A DNA stretch of 64,000 nucleotides from Ginglymostoma cirratum (taxonomy: Eukaryota): positions 6,975,654-7,039,653 of the forward strand of contig JAHRHZ010000048.1 of assembly GCA_024137785.1 (NCBI GenBank), in the 5' to 3' direction. Positions 37,991 to 51,145 of the stretch are shown one piece after another. A program made the position numbers and the translations under genes. The notes beneath the pieces are model-generated. The model saw only the letters and a list, made by a program, of their open reading frames with translations, did not search any database and had not been told where the DNA came from. Within the stretch, counting starts at the first letter, position 1. The number at the start of each line of letters is the position of its first letter.

Positions 37991-39350
37991 TCATTCGTCC
38001 TGAAAGTAGATGGTTATTAAGTTCTCTCTGGCTTCTTGGGATTTGTGATGCATTGCTCTGTCGTACTCTTCTGGATGACTCTCCTGGCCCTCAGCTTCAT
38101 TTTCATCCTTAGAAGTTTGTTGTCGATCTGCCATATTGGCTTTGTCTAGGAGATCATCCCCCTCCCTCACTTTCTTGATTCCAATCAGCATGTCACAATT
38201 ATGCAGGACACCCTCAGGGAATGCAACAAAGCCAGGCCAAAACAGTCCAGGCATATTAATGGTATTTTCAGGAGGTCTATGGTTGATTCTACAATGGCCC
38301 TGATGGAATCTGGAGCAGCATTTGATCTTCAATCTGCATCAGACTGAAGGTTTCAGAAAGCTGTCATGAGCTACATTTGGAGGGGCTAGCTCCAGCTCCC
38401 TAATATTTAGAATATCTCAATATTTGGGGCAGCACAGTGGCTCAGTGGTTAGCACTGCTGCCGCACAGCGCCGGGGACCCGGGCTCGATTCCACCCTCAG
38501 GCAACTGTATGTGTGGAGTTTGCATGTTCTCCCCGTGTCTGCATGGGTTTCCTCCCACAGCTCAAAGATGTGCAGGCTAGGTGGATTGGCCATGCTAAAT
38601 TGCCCTTAGTATTCAAAAATGTTTAGATTAGGGGAATGGGTCTGGGTGGGATGTTCTAAGGGTCGGTGTGGACTTGTTGGGCCGAAGGGCCTGTTTCCAC
38701 GCTGTAGGGATTCTATGATCTATGATCTGGAATTGGTGCAACGGGAGCTATCCCTGTCTGACCTAACAGACCTTGGAAGGATACAGGAACCTGTGAGTTC
38801 TCTAGTATTTCAGAGTGACAGAGGCTCCCAGGATATCTTGTGCACACCTCTAAATTTCAGCATCAATGATCAAATTTAATTCGAAGCCCTTTCTGTTCAC
38901 AAAATGCTGCAGATTAGTTTTTAAGGAACTCTCAAAAGCAAAGTAGGTGCAGTTGACAATGTCTACACCTAGGGGGAGTCAGCGATGAGGGAGAATCCCA
39001 GACCCCTTGTCGCTTGACTCTCGTAGTAACAGTGGAAGGAAGTGAAGTACTTTAGAGAAAATGGCATCATTTACATCTCAGAGGCATTTATTGGCGAGGG
39101 TTTTGGAGATTCAGAATGGGTCCCTTGTTGCTTCTTGAAAACCTGCTGGCATAAAAATTCAGGAGAGCTGTGACCTTGATGGCCATCAGAAAGGATGGCC
39201 ACCTACTCCTTCTAAGTACAATGTTCAGTGATGATGGAACAGGACATCTTCGTTCATCACTATGCTTCAGGAAATGACAGTGAGTTCTGTAGATCTGTGG
39301 TCTCATCCTTCACATGTTAGTCCCCCCTTCTTGAGGCAGCTGCTGGACAT
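37991..39350 (-). pseudogene. PIF/Harbinger (HARBI1-like) DDE transposase relic, interrupted by HE1
   Basis: Minus strand RPQIYR..FL.HSD, AIKVTALLNFYAS, IVNCTY, FVNRKGF, RYPGS..S.IL.NS, GLLG..DR, IVESTIDLLK...CLD and an acidic tail. Confidence 0.85.
38425..38727 (+). mobile_element. HE1-type V-SINE
   Basis: ggggcagcacagtggctcagtggttagc head; CR1-like tail gggcctgtttccacgctgtagggattctatga. Confidence 0.92.
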
Positions 39351-40167
39351 TTGAATTCTTGCTGGCCTCGCTGAATAAGATGCAACTATATCCTTCTAGA
39401 TTGGATTGGAGTAGCCATAATGACTCAAGCCACAGCAATCTCCATGCGACATCCATAAGCAGATTATCCGTGGGGAATGTCAGAAGGATCTCTCATATCT
39501 ATCACAACGTTATGCCTTCAAATTGGCATGTGGAACTTCTAAGTATGTCCTTGCCATCTGAGCTTTGTGACCTTGTGACTGGTTGGATATTGCACAAACA
39601 CATTTTAATGCCACATTGGAGCTAGAATTCTGTCAGTAAGCCCCCATGGTTACCGTATGGTAAGCCCCTGGCCATTACTAAATCACTGTGACTGACTGTA
39701 TCCTATCCCTGGACTGATACTTCAGCAGCACCCCCATAGACCTACCTATAATCCCCAGACCACTTGCCCTTCAAGATTGACTGTGGCCCAGTCCCTGGAC
39801 CCTGGACCCTGGAGGATGAAGACAATGGATGATTACCAATGAACAATGTTGTACAGAAGAAGCAGCGTTATGAAGGCCGGGACATGCATTCAGCAAGCTG
39901 TAGCTACCAACTAATCAGCTGCCTGCTGTGTTCATCCAGCTCTACACCTTGTTATCTCAGATTCTCCAGCATCTGCAGTTCCTACTATCCCTATCTTACC
40001 TGTTGGCAATTGCACCGTCTAGTTCCTCAGCAGAGTTGAGGAGAATTGGAAGTGGAGTGTAAATAGGGTGAAATGAACCCTTAATGAGATACAATTGCAT
40101 GGAAGTAAGGTCATTGGCAGTCAAGGATGAGTTTCCAAAGTTGCCATGTAAAGCTTGAGGTGTTCAA

Positions 40168-40468
40168 AGAATCCCTACAGTGTGGAAACAGGACCTTCGG
40201 CCTGACAAGTCCACACCTACCCTCAAAGCATCCCACCCAGACCCATCCCCCTTAACCCACTTAGTCTATTTATCCCTGAACACTATGGGTAATTTAGCAT
40301 GGCCAATCCACCCTAACCTGCACATCTTTGGACTGAGGGAGGAAACCCATGCAGACACAGGGAGAATATATAAACTCCACATGGACAGTCACCTGAGGGT
40401 GGAATTGAACCCGGGTTCTTGGTGCTGTGAGGCAACAGTGCTAATCACCGAGCCACTGTGCCACCCCT
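40168..40468 (-). mobile_element. HE1-type V-SINE
   Basis: Tail, V-domain and head on the minus strand; accounts for the first half of the 199-aa ORF at 40180. Confidence 0.88.
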
Positions 40469-42384
40469 TGTTTCTTGACTTGAAGGATCTAGTCTTTTCT
40501 TTCATTCTCACCCTATTTTGTCAAATTTCTCCACATTACCCTTTGCATGTCAGGGAAGAGAATATTCCACCCTTTCTCTCAAATTCTTCTCTAAACATTA
40601 CCCCAGTTTTGTTGTTTAACTATATTCTACCTGAATTGACAGGCAGAAACTCAAAAGTCACGCCTCCAAGGCAATATGACCCAAACACTTGTTTCCAGAT
40701 GGAAATGCGAGTTAACTCCCTCTTTAATTCAATAGCTTTCCTTAGTTATAGAATAACCGCAAACATCATCTCTCTCTAGTTCTTTAACTAAGTAAGACCA
40801 TGTTTATGACCTTACCTTTCTAGTGTTAACCTCTTTGGTCAATATGGCCCCAAAAGTTTGAATACAATACCTGTAAACTCCAAGCTTGTTTGAATTGCAT
40901 TTACTTCAGAACTATTTAATTTTATTCAGTTTCTAATCCATATTCCCCTGTTTTCTACAGTTAAAACTTTAACTCTTAAAACCACAAGTTATATTCAAAA
41001 CACATGAACTGATGAACTAGAAATCTCCAACATGTTGAAAATATCTGTGCAAAAATCCATAACATTTGGTGAAAGGTAAGAGCATCTTTTTTTTCAATTG
41101 CTTTGGCATTGTGATACGTCCATAAATGCTTAAGAGGCTATGGGCAGTGTGAAAAAAGTACGTTTTATTTGGTTAGGCTTGTGTGTCCTGTGAATGTGTC
41201 TTTTAAAAGCTGCGGTAGTGAGCACCTGGATTGATTCTATGAATTTCATTAAAAAAATGAGATGGATGCTCTGGGAATCTGTCTGAAATGCAGCCAAACA
41301 ATGTCTTAGAGGTTTTCTGTTCCTAATATGATTTGGATTGTTTATTTCTAATTAATGTGCAACAAGGCATCAATTGATGGTGTCATATTTGAATTCCAGA
41401 CAACATATATTTGATTTCTCATTACCATTCCTTCCGATGGTAACAGAGAAAAAAAATCATAATATTCCCCACAGGTTTATACACTAATGCACCACTGGCT
41501 CGATACTGAACCATACAGCAATGTTCAATGTTAAATCTAAAGCCTGAGATTTGACAGAAAGTAGACAATGACAATTTGCCATTTAACTGTACCAGCGCTA
41601 TGTCATCACTGGAAACGGACAAACACAAAAAGAACCCCAAAGTTTATTGCAGTAGAATATGCACAATACAGGATGGATACAATTGTCTAGAATAAAACTA
41701 CTCAATAATACCCATTTCAATGAAATGTTACTGCACATTGTTTCTGACTGATACAATGCAAATTTCAAAGGACATATTAAGCTGAAGCCACATTTAGTTG
41801 TTCAAGTAGACATAAAAAATATCAGCTTCCCTGTCCGTCTGATGCTGCTCGGCCTGCTGTGTTCATCCAGCTCCACTATGTTTTATCTCAGATTCTCCAG
41901 CATCGGCAGTTCCTACTATCTCCATAAAAAATATCAGACCAGCTGGGGAAGAATACTGAGTTCTCCTGGTGTCTGGGCCAGCATCCATCCATCAAATAAT
42001 CGCAACTCAGTTATCTCATTCATTATTATGATACTTTATATTGTGCTTTTGTCAATATACCCGTAGTGTCTACATTTTGAAAGCAAAATACAGGTGCTAA
42101 GATGCTTTGGGTTAATCTGGGGATGTGCAAGTACTAAATAAATGAGCATTTTTTTTCTGGCTTTAGTTACAGGAAATAAAATTCTGCATGGCTGTCTTGC
42201 TTGTGAAGACAGTGAAAGGCATTACGCTCCTAAGGTACATTGGCTGATTTCCATAATGAATGTTAAATCTGTCTTGGAGGATCATGTTGATTGCATCAAT
42301 TGTGAATCCTATGAAGAAGGTGATTGTTCTGGCAGTTTTGATGATTCTTCGTAATACTTTGACTTTGTTTGGAGTAATATGACC

Positions 42385-42882
42385 GATTTCGACCAGGCCA
42401 ACAAGCCCAGCATCGAAGTACTGACCACCCTCGATCGGCTATGATGGGCTGGGAAGTTGACCGCATAATCGACATGAGAGTCCCCAGGGAGCTGCTCTAT
42501 TCCCAGTTTTAAAACGACAGGCGAGCCCCAGGTGGACAGAGGAAGCGGTTCAGTGATACTCACAAGGCCTCACTGGTGAAGTGAGGCATTCCCACAGACA
42601 CCTGGGAATCACTGGCCCCAGAATGTCCAAAGTGAAGGAGGAGCATCCGGGAAGGCATTGAGCGCCTCGTGACTTGCTGTCGGGAGAAAGCAGAAGCCGG
42701 GTGAAAACAGTAAAAGGAGCGTGCTGCCACACAAATGCCCCACCTACCCCTTCCCGTGACCACCTTCTGTCCCTTGCATAACAGAGCCTGCTGAAGGCAA
42801 ATTGGTCTGTGCAACTACTTACGGACTCACCCTGAGAGTGGAAGAGAGTTATCCCCATCTGCAAGGGACGATGATGATGACT
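42385..42882 (+). mobile_element. RTE LINE 3' end
   Basis: L.WAG, R.P..LLYSQ, GGQRKRFSDT.KASL, WESLA, a decayed C..C..IGL..H-type motif and a (gat)n tail. Confidence 0.85.
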
Positions 42883-43079
42883 GATTTAGAATTATCCTTC
42901 TCTCATCAGCAACATTGTCAAAGGATGCATTCTGAACTTGCATTTCATAAACGCATGTTATAAGCACTCATTACCAGTCGGGATCCTTGCTCATTGGGAA
43001 AAAAATATACTCTACCTTCTGTAAGATTCCCCAAAAGTTTTACGGTTTCAGACAAACCTTCAAAAGGCTCAATATGATT

Positions 43080-43255
43080 TGAAACAAAAACAGAAATTGC
43101 TAGAAAAGCTCAGCAGGTCTCACAGCATCCATGGAGGGAAATCAGAGTTAACGTTTCGGGTCGACCCACAGATGCTGCCAGACCTGCTGAGCTTTTTCAG
43201 CAATTTCACTTTTTGTTCCTGATTTACAGCATCCGCAGTTCTTTCGGTTTTTATT
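43080..43255. mobile_element. Penelope-terminus-derived palindromic mini-element
   Basis: gaaacaaaaacagaaattgctagaaaagctcagcaggtct ... agacctgctgagctttttcagcaatttc; central ttaacgtttcgggtcgaccc. Confidence 0.8.
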
Positions 43256-45364
43256 GAATATACTTTGATTTGTGCAGCATTTTTCAGACTAATTTGTTGA
43301 CCTAATGGAAATGCAAATTTTGCATGTTCCAAGTGCGTGCTCAGTTCTGATATTTATACAGCTTTTTGCACTGCTGAAGATTTTAGATTGTGTCCTGGTT
43401 GGGAGTTTCTCTCTACCTATTGTAATAGAGAAGATCATAAAATGAAAGGTGTGGTTGGCACATTTGTAGGTTATGATAATTTGTGCATTAAAAAGGCATC
43501 TGTCCATTCTTAGAAGGAAAGCATTTTGACTCAAATAGGCAAATACTTACATGCTGGTGAGATCTCTCTGCCCAAGTGCAATTTACTGTACGCAGAACCA
43601 TGGGAAAGCCAGTTGTGTTTGTGTTTGTTGAATGACTGCTCACAGAACCTAATTTTGAAAGGTATTATGCATGTTAAACCATTACTTACATTGCACCTTT
43701 TAAGTGTCAAATTTAGGCATAGTGAACCATGAGAAGTTATATATTGGTCTCTGTAAGAAGAATGTAACTGGAGGACAGCTACTCTAACCTTCAGTTACAA
43801 GTAAGATTGTAAAAGTCAAAGTCTAAAAAGAAGTGATCCCAGAATCTGTGCAAGAGGTCTTTGTTGAACTAAACATGGTCATTGTCAATAAGAAATAGTT
43901 TGTTCTTTAATAAATGCCTATTGTATGTCAACACTCCCATGATGCTGCTTGGCCTGCTGAGTTCATCCAGCTCCACACCTTGTTATATCGCAAATTCTCT
44001 ATCTTGTCCTTTTGTTCCCTCCTGCCTTTTAGCATAGCTATTGGCAAAATTAACATTCCATTCATGAGTCTTCAGTGCTCCTATTAACATGGAGATAAGA
44101 GCTATTGCATGCAAACTATAGAGTCAAGTAGAATTTAGAGTGTTTTATCTGGAATTTGTAACACTTTTGTTATGTAATTGTAGACACAGTATGATTTTAT
44201 TTCAATCTAATTCTCCCCTATAGTAATTCAATTAGTATTTGATTCATTGCAGGGCCGTGTAATCAACTCTCGACATTATGTCGTATTACAATAATCATTC
44301 CACGATGAGTGGTAACTGGATGTGTGCCTTCGAAAAGATATGAAAACACTGTAGCCCAATTTTTCTTTGTGATTTGCTTTCAATAAAAACCTGTTTTGTT
44401 GACCTGAAAATTTATTCTTCTTACTCAAACTAGTTGAGTGTTCTGTGGATATCACAGTGATCAGCAATCAGAATGTTTTAAGTAATACATTCTCTTTACA
44501 ATGATTAATATTAGCTTCCAACTTAATCTTTTACTGCTTATTTTATTTTCTATACCAGATATGTCAAACAAATGTCATCTTCTACTTCCTCTATTTAAAT
44601 ACTGCTCACTTCCTTGAATGAAGATGGTTCTCCTAAATTCTGTTAAAGCCATGAGCTGGTACATTAGAAACCAATTTAATTCCCTACTTATGCATTTTTT
44701 CCCTTTATTGATAGCAAATATGGTCTCAGCCAATAACAGCTTTGAAATGTGCTGCCAACTCTGAATAACACTTACCTTATCAAACAAAATTCATGTCATG
44801 CTTTGGATATATTAACTATTTATTCAACTTAACTATTCTGTTTGTGAGTGAAGTATTTAAATTTCCTGAACCTTCAGATATTTGCTCACGTTATTCGAGC
44901 CCTTATTCCATCTATGTGTGACAAACAAATTAATTAATTGAAAACATATTGTGCAGGGTTTTATACTTGGGAAGCAGAAATAATTGATTCAACTAATTTT
45001 TCAGAAGTCTAGCACCTGAATATAATTGTGGTGTTAAGCTACCGAGCCTATCGAAATTGCAAGGAAATGAGGTTTCAACTGGTTCGACTGAGCAAGTCAA
45101 GATTATAGCAAATTCCTTACCATCGGACCCGGAGGCCTGGGTTCAAGTCCCACCTGCTCCAGAGCTATGCAATAACATCCCTAAACAGGTTTTTTTAGAA
45201 AATGTCTGTAGCAAGATCTTCCATGGCCGGCAGGGTTACTTTGCAGAATATAAACATTTGTATGAAGCCAGTTGGCAATCACAGATGGTGATGATTGATA
45301 AAGAACAAGGATTCAAAATTCTGACGTTGGTTTGGCACAAAGATCTGTTATTCTGGGATTGAGG

Positions 45365-48300
45365 GGCAACATTTGGGGAGTTGGTGAGACATATTGATTC
45401 ATCTGGACCCCATGAAGTCTCATGGCTTCAGGTTAAACAGGGGTAAGGAAACCTCTTGTTGATTGCCATGTACAGTCCTCCCTTGGCTGATGAATCAGTA
45501 CTCCTTCATGTTGAACAACACTTGGAGGAAACACTGACGGTGGCAATGGCACAAGATGTACTCTGGGTGGAGGATTTTAATGTCCACCACCAACAGTAAC
45601 TGAGCAGCAGCAGCACTGACCAAGTTGGTTGGATCCTAAAGGTTGTAGCTGCTAGACTGGATCTGTGGCAGGTGGGAAGTCATCCAATAAGAGGGAAGCA
45701 CATACCTGACCTCACCCTTACCTATCTGCCGGCAGCAAATGCATCTGTCGATGACAGTATCGGTAAGAGTGATGAGCGCACAGGCGTTATGGAGACAGGG
45801 TCCCACCTTCACATTGAGAATAGCCTCCATCATGTTGTGTGGCACTATCACCGTGCTAAATGGGGCAGACTTTGCGCAGATCTAGTAATTCAAGACTCAG
45901 CATCCATGAACCGCTGTGTGCCATTAATGGCAGCAGAATTGGACTCCATCACAGCTTGCGTTCTCATGGCCTGGCATATCCCCCGACTCAACCATGACCA
46001 TCAAGCCATGGGGGTTAAAACCTGGGTTCAATGGAGAGTGCACATCCAGTACAAGATAGCAGCAGAACAACAGGGCTGCGTGTGGGCTCTTGCCCGGAGC
46101 TTTTCCGCTCCCACCTGCTTTCCTTCTTGTTTCGCTTTTGCTTCTGCTCTTTTCTATCGCCTTCTTTTCCTTCTTTTTTGGTCTTTTCCTTTTCTGTGGG
46201 GGTTGGTTGGCCGCAATGGTGCAGCAGCGAGAGAGGCCGAGTACTGGACGTAGCTTCTCCTGACAGTAGGAGGCGGTGGCGGTGAGGACGTTTACCTGTC
46301 ATTCGGGGCCGCCGGCAGCGGCAGTGGCTAAGCTCCTCTTCCTCGGGGACAGCGGCGCCAGACTCTTCAAGATGGTGGCGCCGGCAAGGTGATGTCTACA
46401 GCTGAAGTGAGACTCTTGACCCAGCGGCGGGCCAGCATGGCAGCGGAGCCAAGACCTCTCGGTTGCGGGGAGAGTGTGAGTTCAGTGGTGCCAGCGAAGT
46501 AGGCCCAGCAGCGAAGAGATGGTGCCGAAAGTGGGGTCACTCCAACATTGGTGGGTCTAGCACAGGAAGCAGCGAGGCAATGGAGGTCTCCGTTGAGACT
46601 ATGTGTGAACGGGTTTACTTCTCTCCTTTTCTAATTTATTCCTATAATGCTGTACTATTTATTTCTTCACTTGTCAAATTTTTTTGTTTCTTAAGAATTT
46701 AATCTTAAGTGTCTGTTCCTAGGTACCTTTGTACCTAAGATGGTCCTGTAACGCAGTGACTGAAAACTTTTCACTGAACACACTTGAGTAGGTGTGACAA
46801 TAAAGTTAATTCAATTCAATTCAGGAGGGCAGGATCAGCACCAGGTATACTTAAAATTGAGTTGTCAGTCTGGTGAAACTACCAAACAGGACTACTTGCA
46901 TGCCACACTGCATTGGCAGCAAGTGATAGACACAGCTAAGCGATCCCCCAACCAATGGATCGGATCTAAGCTCTGCAGCTCTGTCACATCCAGTCGTGAA
47001 CGGAGGTGGAAATTTAAACAACTCACAAAGGAGAAGGCTCCACAATTATCCTCATCCTCAGTGTCAGAAGAGTCCAACAAATCAGTGCAAAACAGAAGAA
47101 TGAAGCACTTGCAACAACCTTCGGACAGAGGTGCCAAGTGGATGATCCATCTCCAGCTTCCTCTAGATGTCCCCAGCATCACAAATACCAGTCTTCAGCT
47201 AATGTGATTCACTTCACGTGATATCAAGAAACAGTCTGAGGCACTGGTTACTGCAAAGGCCACGGACCCTGACAACATTCCGGCAATAGTACTGAAGACA
47301 TGAGCTCCAGAATTTGCTGCTCCCCTAGCCAAGCTGTTCCAGTACAGATACAACACTGGTATTTAGTAACAATGTGGAAAATTGCTCAGGTATGTTCTGT
47401 ACATAAAGAGTAGGACAAATCCAAACCAGCCAATTACCGCCCCAACAGTCTCCTCTCGATCATCAGTGAAGTGATGGAAGGTGTCAGTAACAGTGCTATC
47501 AAGCAGCACCTGCTCAGCAATAACCTGCTCAGTGACGCCCAGTTTGGGATCCGTCAGGGCCACTCAGCTCCTGACCTCATTACAGCCTTGGTTCAAACAT
47601 GGACCAAAGAGCTGAATTCCAGAGGTGAGGTGAAAGTGACAGCCCTTGACATCAAGGCTGCATTCGACCGAATGTGGAATCCAGCAAAACTGGAACTGAT
47701 GGGTATCAGGGGGCAAACTCTCCATTGGTTGGAGTCATGTCTAACACAGAGGTAAATGATTGTGGTTGCGGGAGGTCAATCATCTCAGCTCCAGAACATC
47801 TCTGCAGGAGTTCCTCAGGGTAGTGTTCTAGGCCCAACCATTTTCAGCTGCTTCATCAATGACCTTCTATCCAGCATACGGTCAGAAGTGGGGAATTTTC
47901 CTGATGATTGCACAATTTCAATTTCTTGCGCAACACCTAGATACAGAAACAGTCCGTGTTCAAATGCCACAAGATCTGGACAATATCCAGCTTGGGCTGA
48001 CAAGTGGCAAGTGACATTTGTGCCACACAAATACCAGGCTCTGACCATCACCAATAAGAGACAATCTAACCACCACCCTTTGGCATTCAATGGTGTTACC
48101 ATCACTGAATCCCCCACTATCAACATCCTGGGGGTTACCATTGACCAGAAACTCTACTGGACTCACCACATAAACACAATGGCTATAACAGCAGATCAGA
48201 GGCTAAGAATAACTCAGGAGTAACTCATCTCCTGTTTCACCAAAGCCTGTTCACCACCTACAAGGCGGATGTCGGGAGGGAGATGGAATACTCTCCACTT

Positions 48301-48745
48301 GCCTGGATGGGTGCAGCTCCAACAACACTCAAGAAGCTTGACACTATCCAGGACAGAGCAGCCCCCGCTTGATTGGCACTGCATCCACATGCATCCACTC
48401 TCTCCACCACTGACGCTCTGTCGCAGCAGTGTGTACTATCTACAAGATGAACTGCAGAAGTCCATCTAAAAGGGCAAGGGCAGTGGATACATAGGAACAT
48501 CACCAACTGCAAGTTTCCCTTCAAGATAGTCACCGTCTTGACTTGGAAATATATCATCATTCGTTCATTGTTGCTGGGTCAAACTCATGGAATTCCTTTC
48601 CTAAAGGCATTGTGGGTCAACCTACAGCACATGGACTGCAGTTGTTCAAGAAGCCAGTTCACCATCCCTTTCTTGAAGGTTACTAGGGACATGCAATTAA
48701 TGCTGGCCAGTCAGCAGCACCCACATCCCAGAAATAAGTAAATAA
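45365..48745 (+). mobile_element. CR1/L2-group LINE family B, long ORF2 relic (endonuclease, RT, 3' tail)
   Basis: Y.PP / DFNVHH / DLTLT endonuclease motifs; KATDPDNIP, ALDIKAAFDRMW, AGVPQGSVLGPTIFSCFINDL, FPDD and INILGVTID RT motifs. Confidence 0.9.
46042..46821 (+). mobile_element. Non-autonomous GC/CpG-rich retroposon with a Rex/Babar-like tail, nested in the family B LINE
   Basis: Interrupts the LINE between gagagtgca and caggagggc; ends gtgacaataaagttaattcaattcaatt; no TE-like ORF recognised. Confidence 0.65.
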
Positions 48746-50144
48746 TTTAAAAAACTGTGATGTGGGCTTTTGCCTTCATTGGGAATTTGTATGTGTTTAG
48801 GCAATACTTCTGTTCACTCCTGTAATATAAATACAAGATACTCTCAATGTGGTTCTGAAAGGTCTAAGAGACATTTATTACAGCTCCTGGTACATTACAT
48901 ATATTGCAGTCACATGTATCTCAGTGTGTGAACGAATGAATTTACAAATGCAATACACTTCCATTAGCATGTCTTACTCTAATTGGCCTTAGTTCAGATG
49001 AAGACTGAGACCTTTATACCCTCAGGTCACATGATACAGTGATGCTATCAGGACCATGTTTCTTAAAGGTCATAACACAATGTGTGTCACAATTAGATAT
49101 TTCCAAAAAGACAGATTCTGGCAGAATTGGCTACTGGTAGGCAGTGCACATATGGAAGTAGAAAAATATCGAGAGCTAAAAGCTGCTGTCCTAGGCATTC
49201 TGAATTCACACCTGATGCAAAATTGTAGTAACCTATCTGAATGACTGACTAACCTGGATGCCATTGACTTCATAGGCTTTAAATGTCCACAAGGTTTGAC
49301 TGAACATTGTTTCCTCCAAAAGTCATTTCTTCAGGTTTTTCAACATTTTAAAACGGAGGTTGTGATTTTTGTTCGGCAAAGTTAAGAGTTTTAGAAACTA
49401 GGTACACAGATTGAGTTAAGATACAGACCAGCTGTGATGTAATTAGTTTTATAATTGAATTAAATGAAACAAGCTTGAGGAGACAATTAGCCCACTCTTT
49501 TTCAGATGTTCTCATGTTCCTGGCCAGCTTTTACTGAAGTGATTAGAATAACCCTTTCACAGACTGGTAACTAAAGAAAACAATTCTTGAACTGTCTGTT
49601 AGCAGTTTCTGTTTGGGAAATCTCCTATTTTCAGACCTCGTAGTGGGGTTTGCTTTGGGAAAGTCTATACTGGGCCTTATGATAAAGGCAAAATAGGAAC
49701 AAGAAGATGACAAAACAAGGATAGATGTAGGAGAAAGCTACAGCAAAACAGAAAACCAACTTGGTGGTGACCTTCTACCACAAGAGTCTTAGACTTGCTC
49801 CTTTCTTCACAAGATTTCAAATAGACTCTACAGAAAGGAGCAATGGCTTATTAGGGAACTATAGATAGAATATGGTCTCTCATTGCAAACTGACCAGCAA
49901 ATATTCAATGCAGATGAATAGTCAGCCTGCTCCTGTGCTCCAAAACTTCCAGGATTCAAGGGAGCTGGATACAAAGCTCACGTAAGTTGACGGAGTTCAT
50001 GTACATAGCAATAAGTATGAGGCCTGCAGAGTTAAGGAGGTTTCAGAAAATTGACATGTGCTGGGAGTTATAAGCACTTAGAGAGTGTTTTGTAGCTAAA
50101 CACTTTCCTGCCCCTTAAATAAATCCTAAAATTCAAGAAGAAAT

Positions 50145-50515
50145 GCACAAAATGTAGGGTAAATTCTACCATATTATGGTCACTGGCCCCTAGGGGTTCC
50201 TTCACCTTAAGCTTCCTAATCGAGTCTGCCTCCAGAATTGCCTGTTCCCTAGTAAGGTCTACCACAAACTGCTCCAAAAAATCTTGTAGACATTCCACGA
50301 ATTCCTTTTCTTGAGATCTGCTACCAACCTGACTTGCCCAGTCCACCTGCATGTTGAAGTCCTGCATGATTATTGTAATAGTGCTTTTCTTACATGTCTT
50401 TTCTATCTCCTGATTTATTTTCTTCCCCACATCCTGACTACTGCTGTGAGGATCATATGCAACTCCAAGCAGGATGATTTCTCCTTTATGATTCCTCCTT
50501 GGCTTCTTTAATTAG
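50145..50515 (-). mobile_element. CR1 endonuclease fragment
   Basis: IM.DFNMQVDW, FLEQFV..TREQAIL, EPLGASDHNMVEF. Confidence 0.85.
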
Positions 50516-50529
50516 GGGTATTTAATTAG

Positions 50530-51145
50530 GAGTTCATTCAGGCAACCATTTTCTAATCAAATAATGTTGAACCAGTCAAGGTGAATCTTTCTCAACCAAT
50601 TTCACCCCATCAAGCTTGGGCCTGAGCCTTTTACTATAATCAGTGATACTGAGGCAGCTGCTTCTCATAAGAGACCTGAGCCGAAGTTATACCCTTAGTC
50701 TGTAAATGTTCCCTGGGTATAGGTTCTCAAATTGCCTAGTAAAACCAATAGCATCTCAGAATTAGAGTAAGCTTGAGGTCGTAATACTTCTTTACTGGAT
50801 CTATGAACTCTTGAAAGGTTTTAATATCTGGTGTCTCAGGGAAAGTTAGGCTCCTGGTAGCCAAAACATCTGCGGGTCCACAAGCTGTCAGGAGAATTTA
50901 TCTTTGGTCTACATCTGCCCCAATGTTATTTGCCTGGAAAAAATAATGCATTCTTTCCATGTATTGGCCAAGTCTTTGATGGCAGGATCAAACAAATCAA
51001 GTTTCCCAAATAATGGCATGATGCCTGTAATGCTTGTTCCAATTCCACGATAACTGTTGCGGGCGACTGTTACAAATCTTCAGGATCGTGCTTTTCTCTC
51101 ATTGCCACTGAAATGTCTCCGTAGAGGTCAGTATCCCACACCAAG
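50530..51145 (-). mobile_element. Gypsy (Mag-like) LTR retrotransposon relic: gag 5' part, PBS and LTR 3' end
   Basis: ATG at 51019 reads MPLFGKLDLFDP..YMERMHYFFQAN..ILLTACG..RSL..P..P. The PBS TGGCAATGAG (51107-51098; CpG-decayed TGGCGACGAG, tRNA-Ser GCU type) lies 1 nt after the LTR ..CA. Confidence 0.8.

Noticed and set aside
38425-38500. tRNA genes suggested by A/B boxes
   Set aside because: These are SINE heads followed by a V-domain and LINE tail; no cloverleaf or terminator.
40180-40779. Longest ORF in the track (199 aa) as a host gene
   Set aside because: The first half is the antisense of an HE1 SINE and the rest has no recognisable domain.
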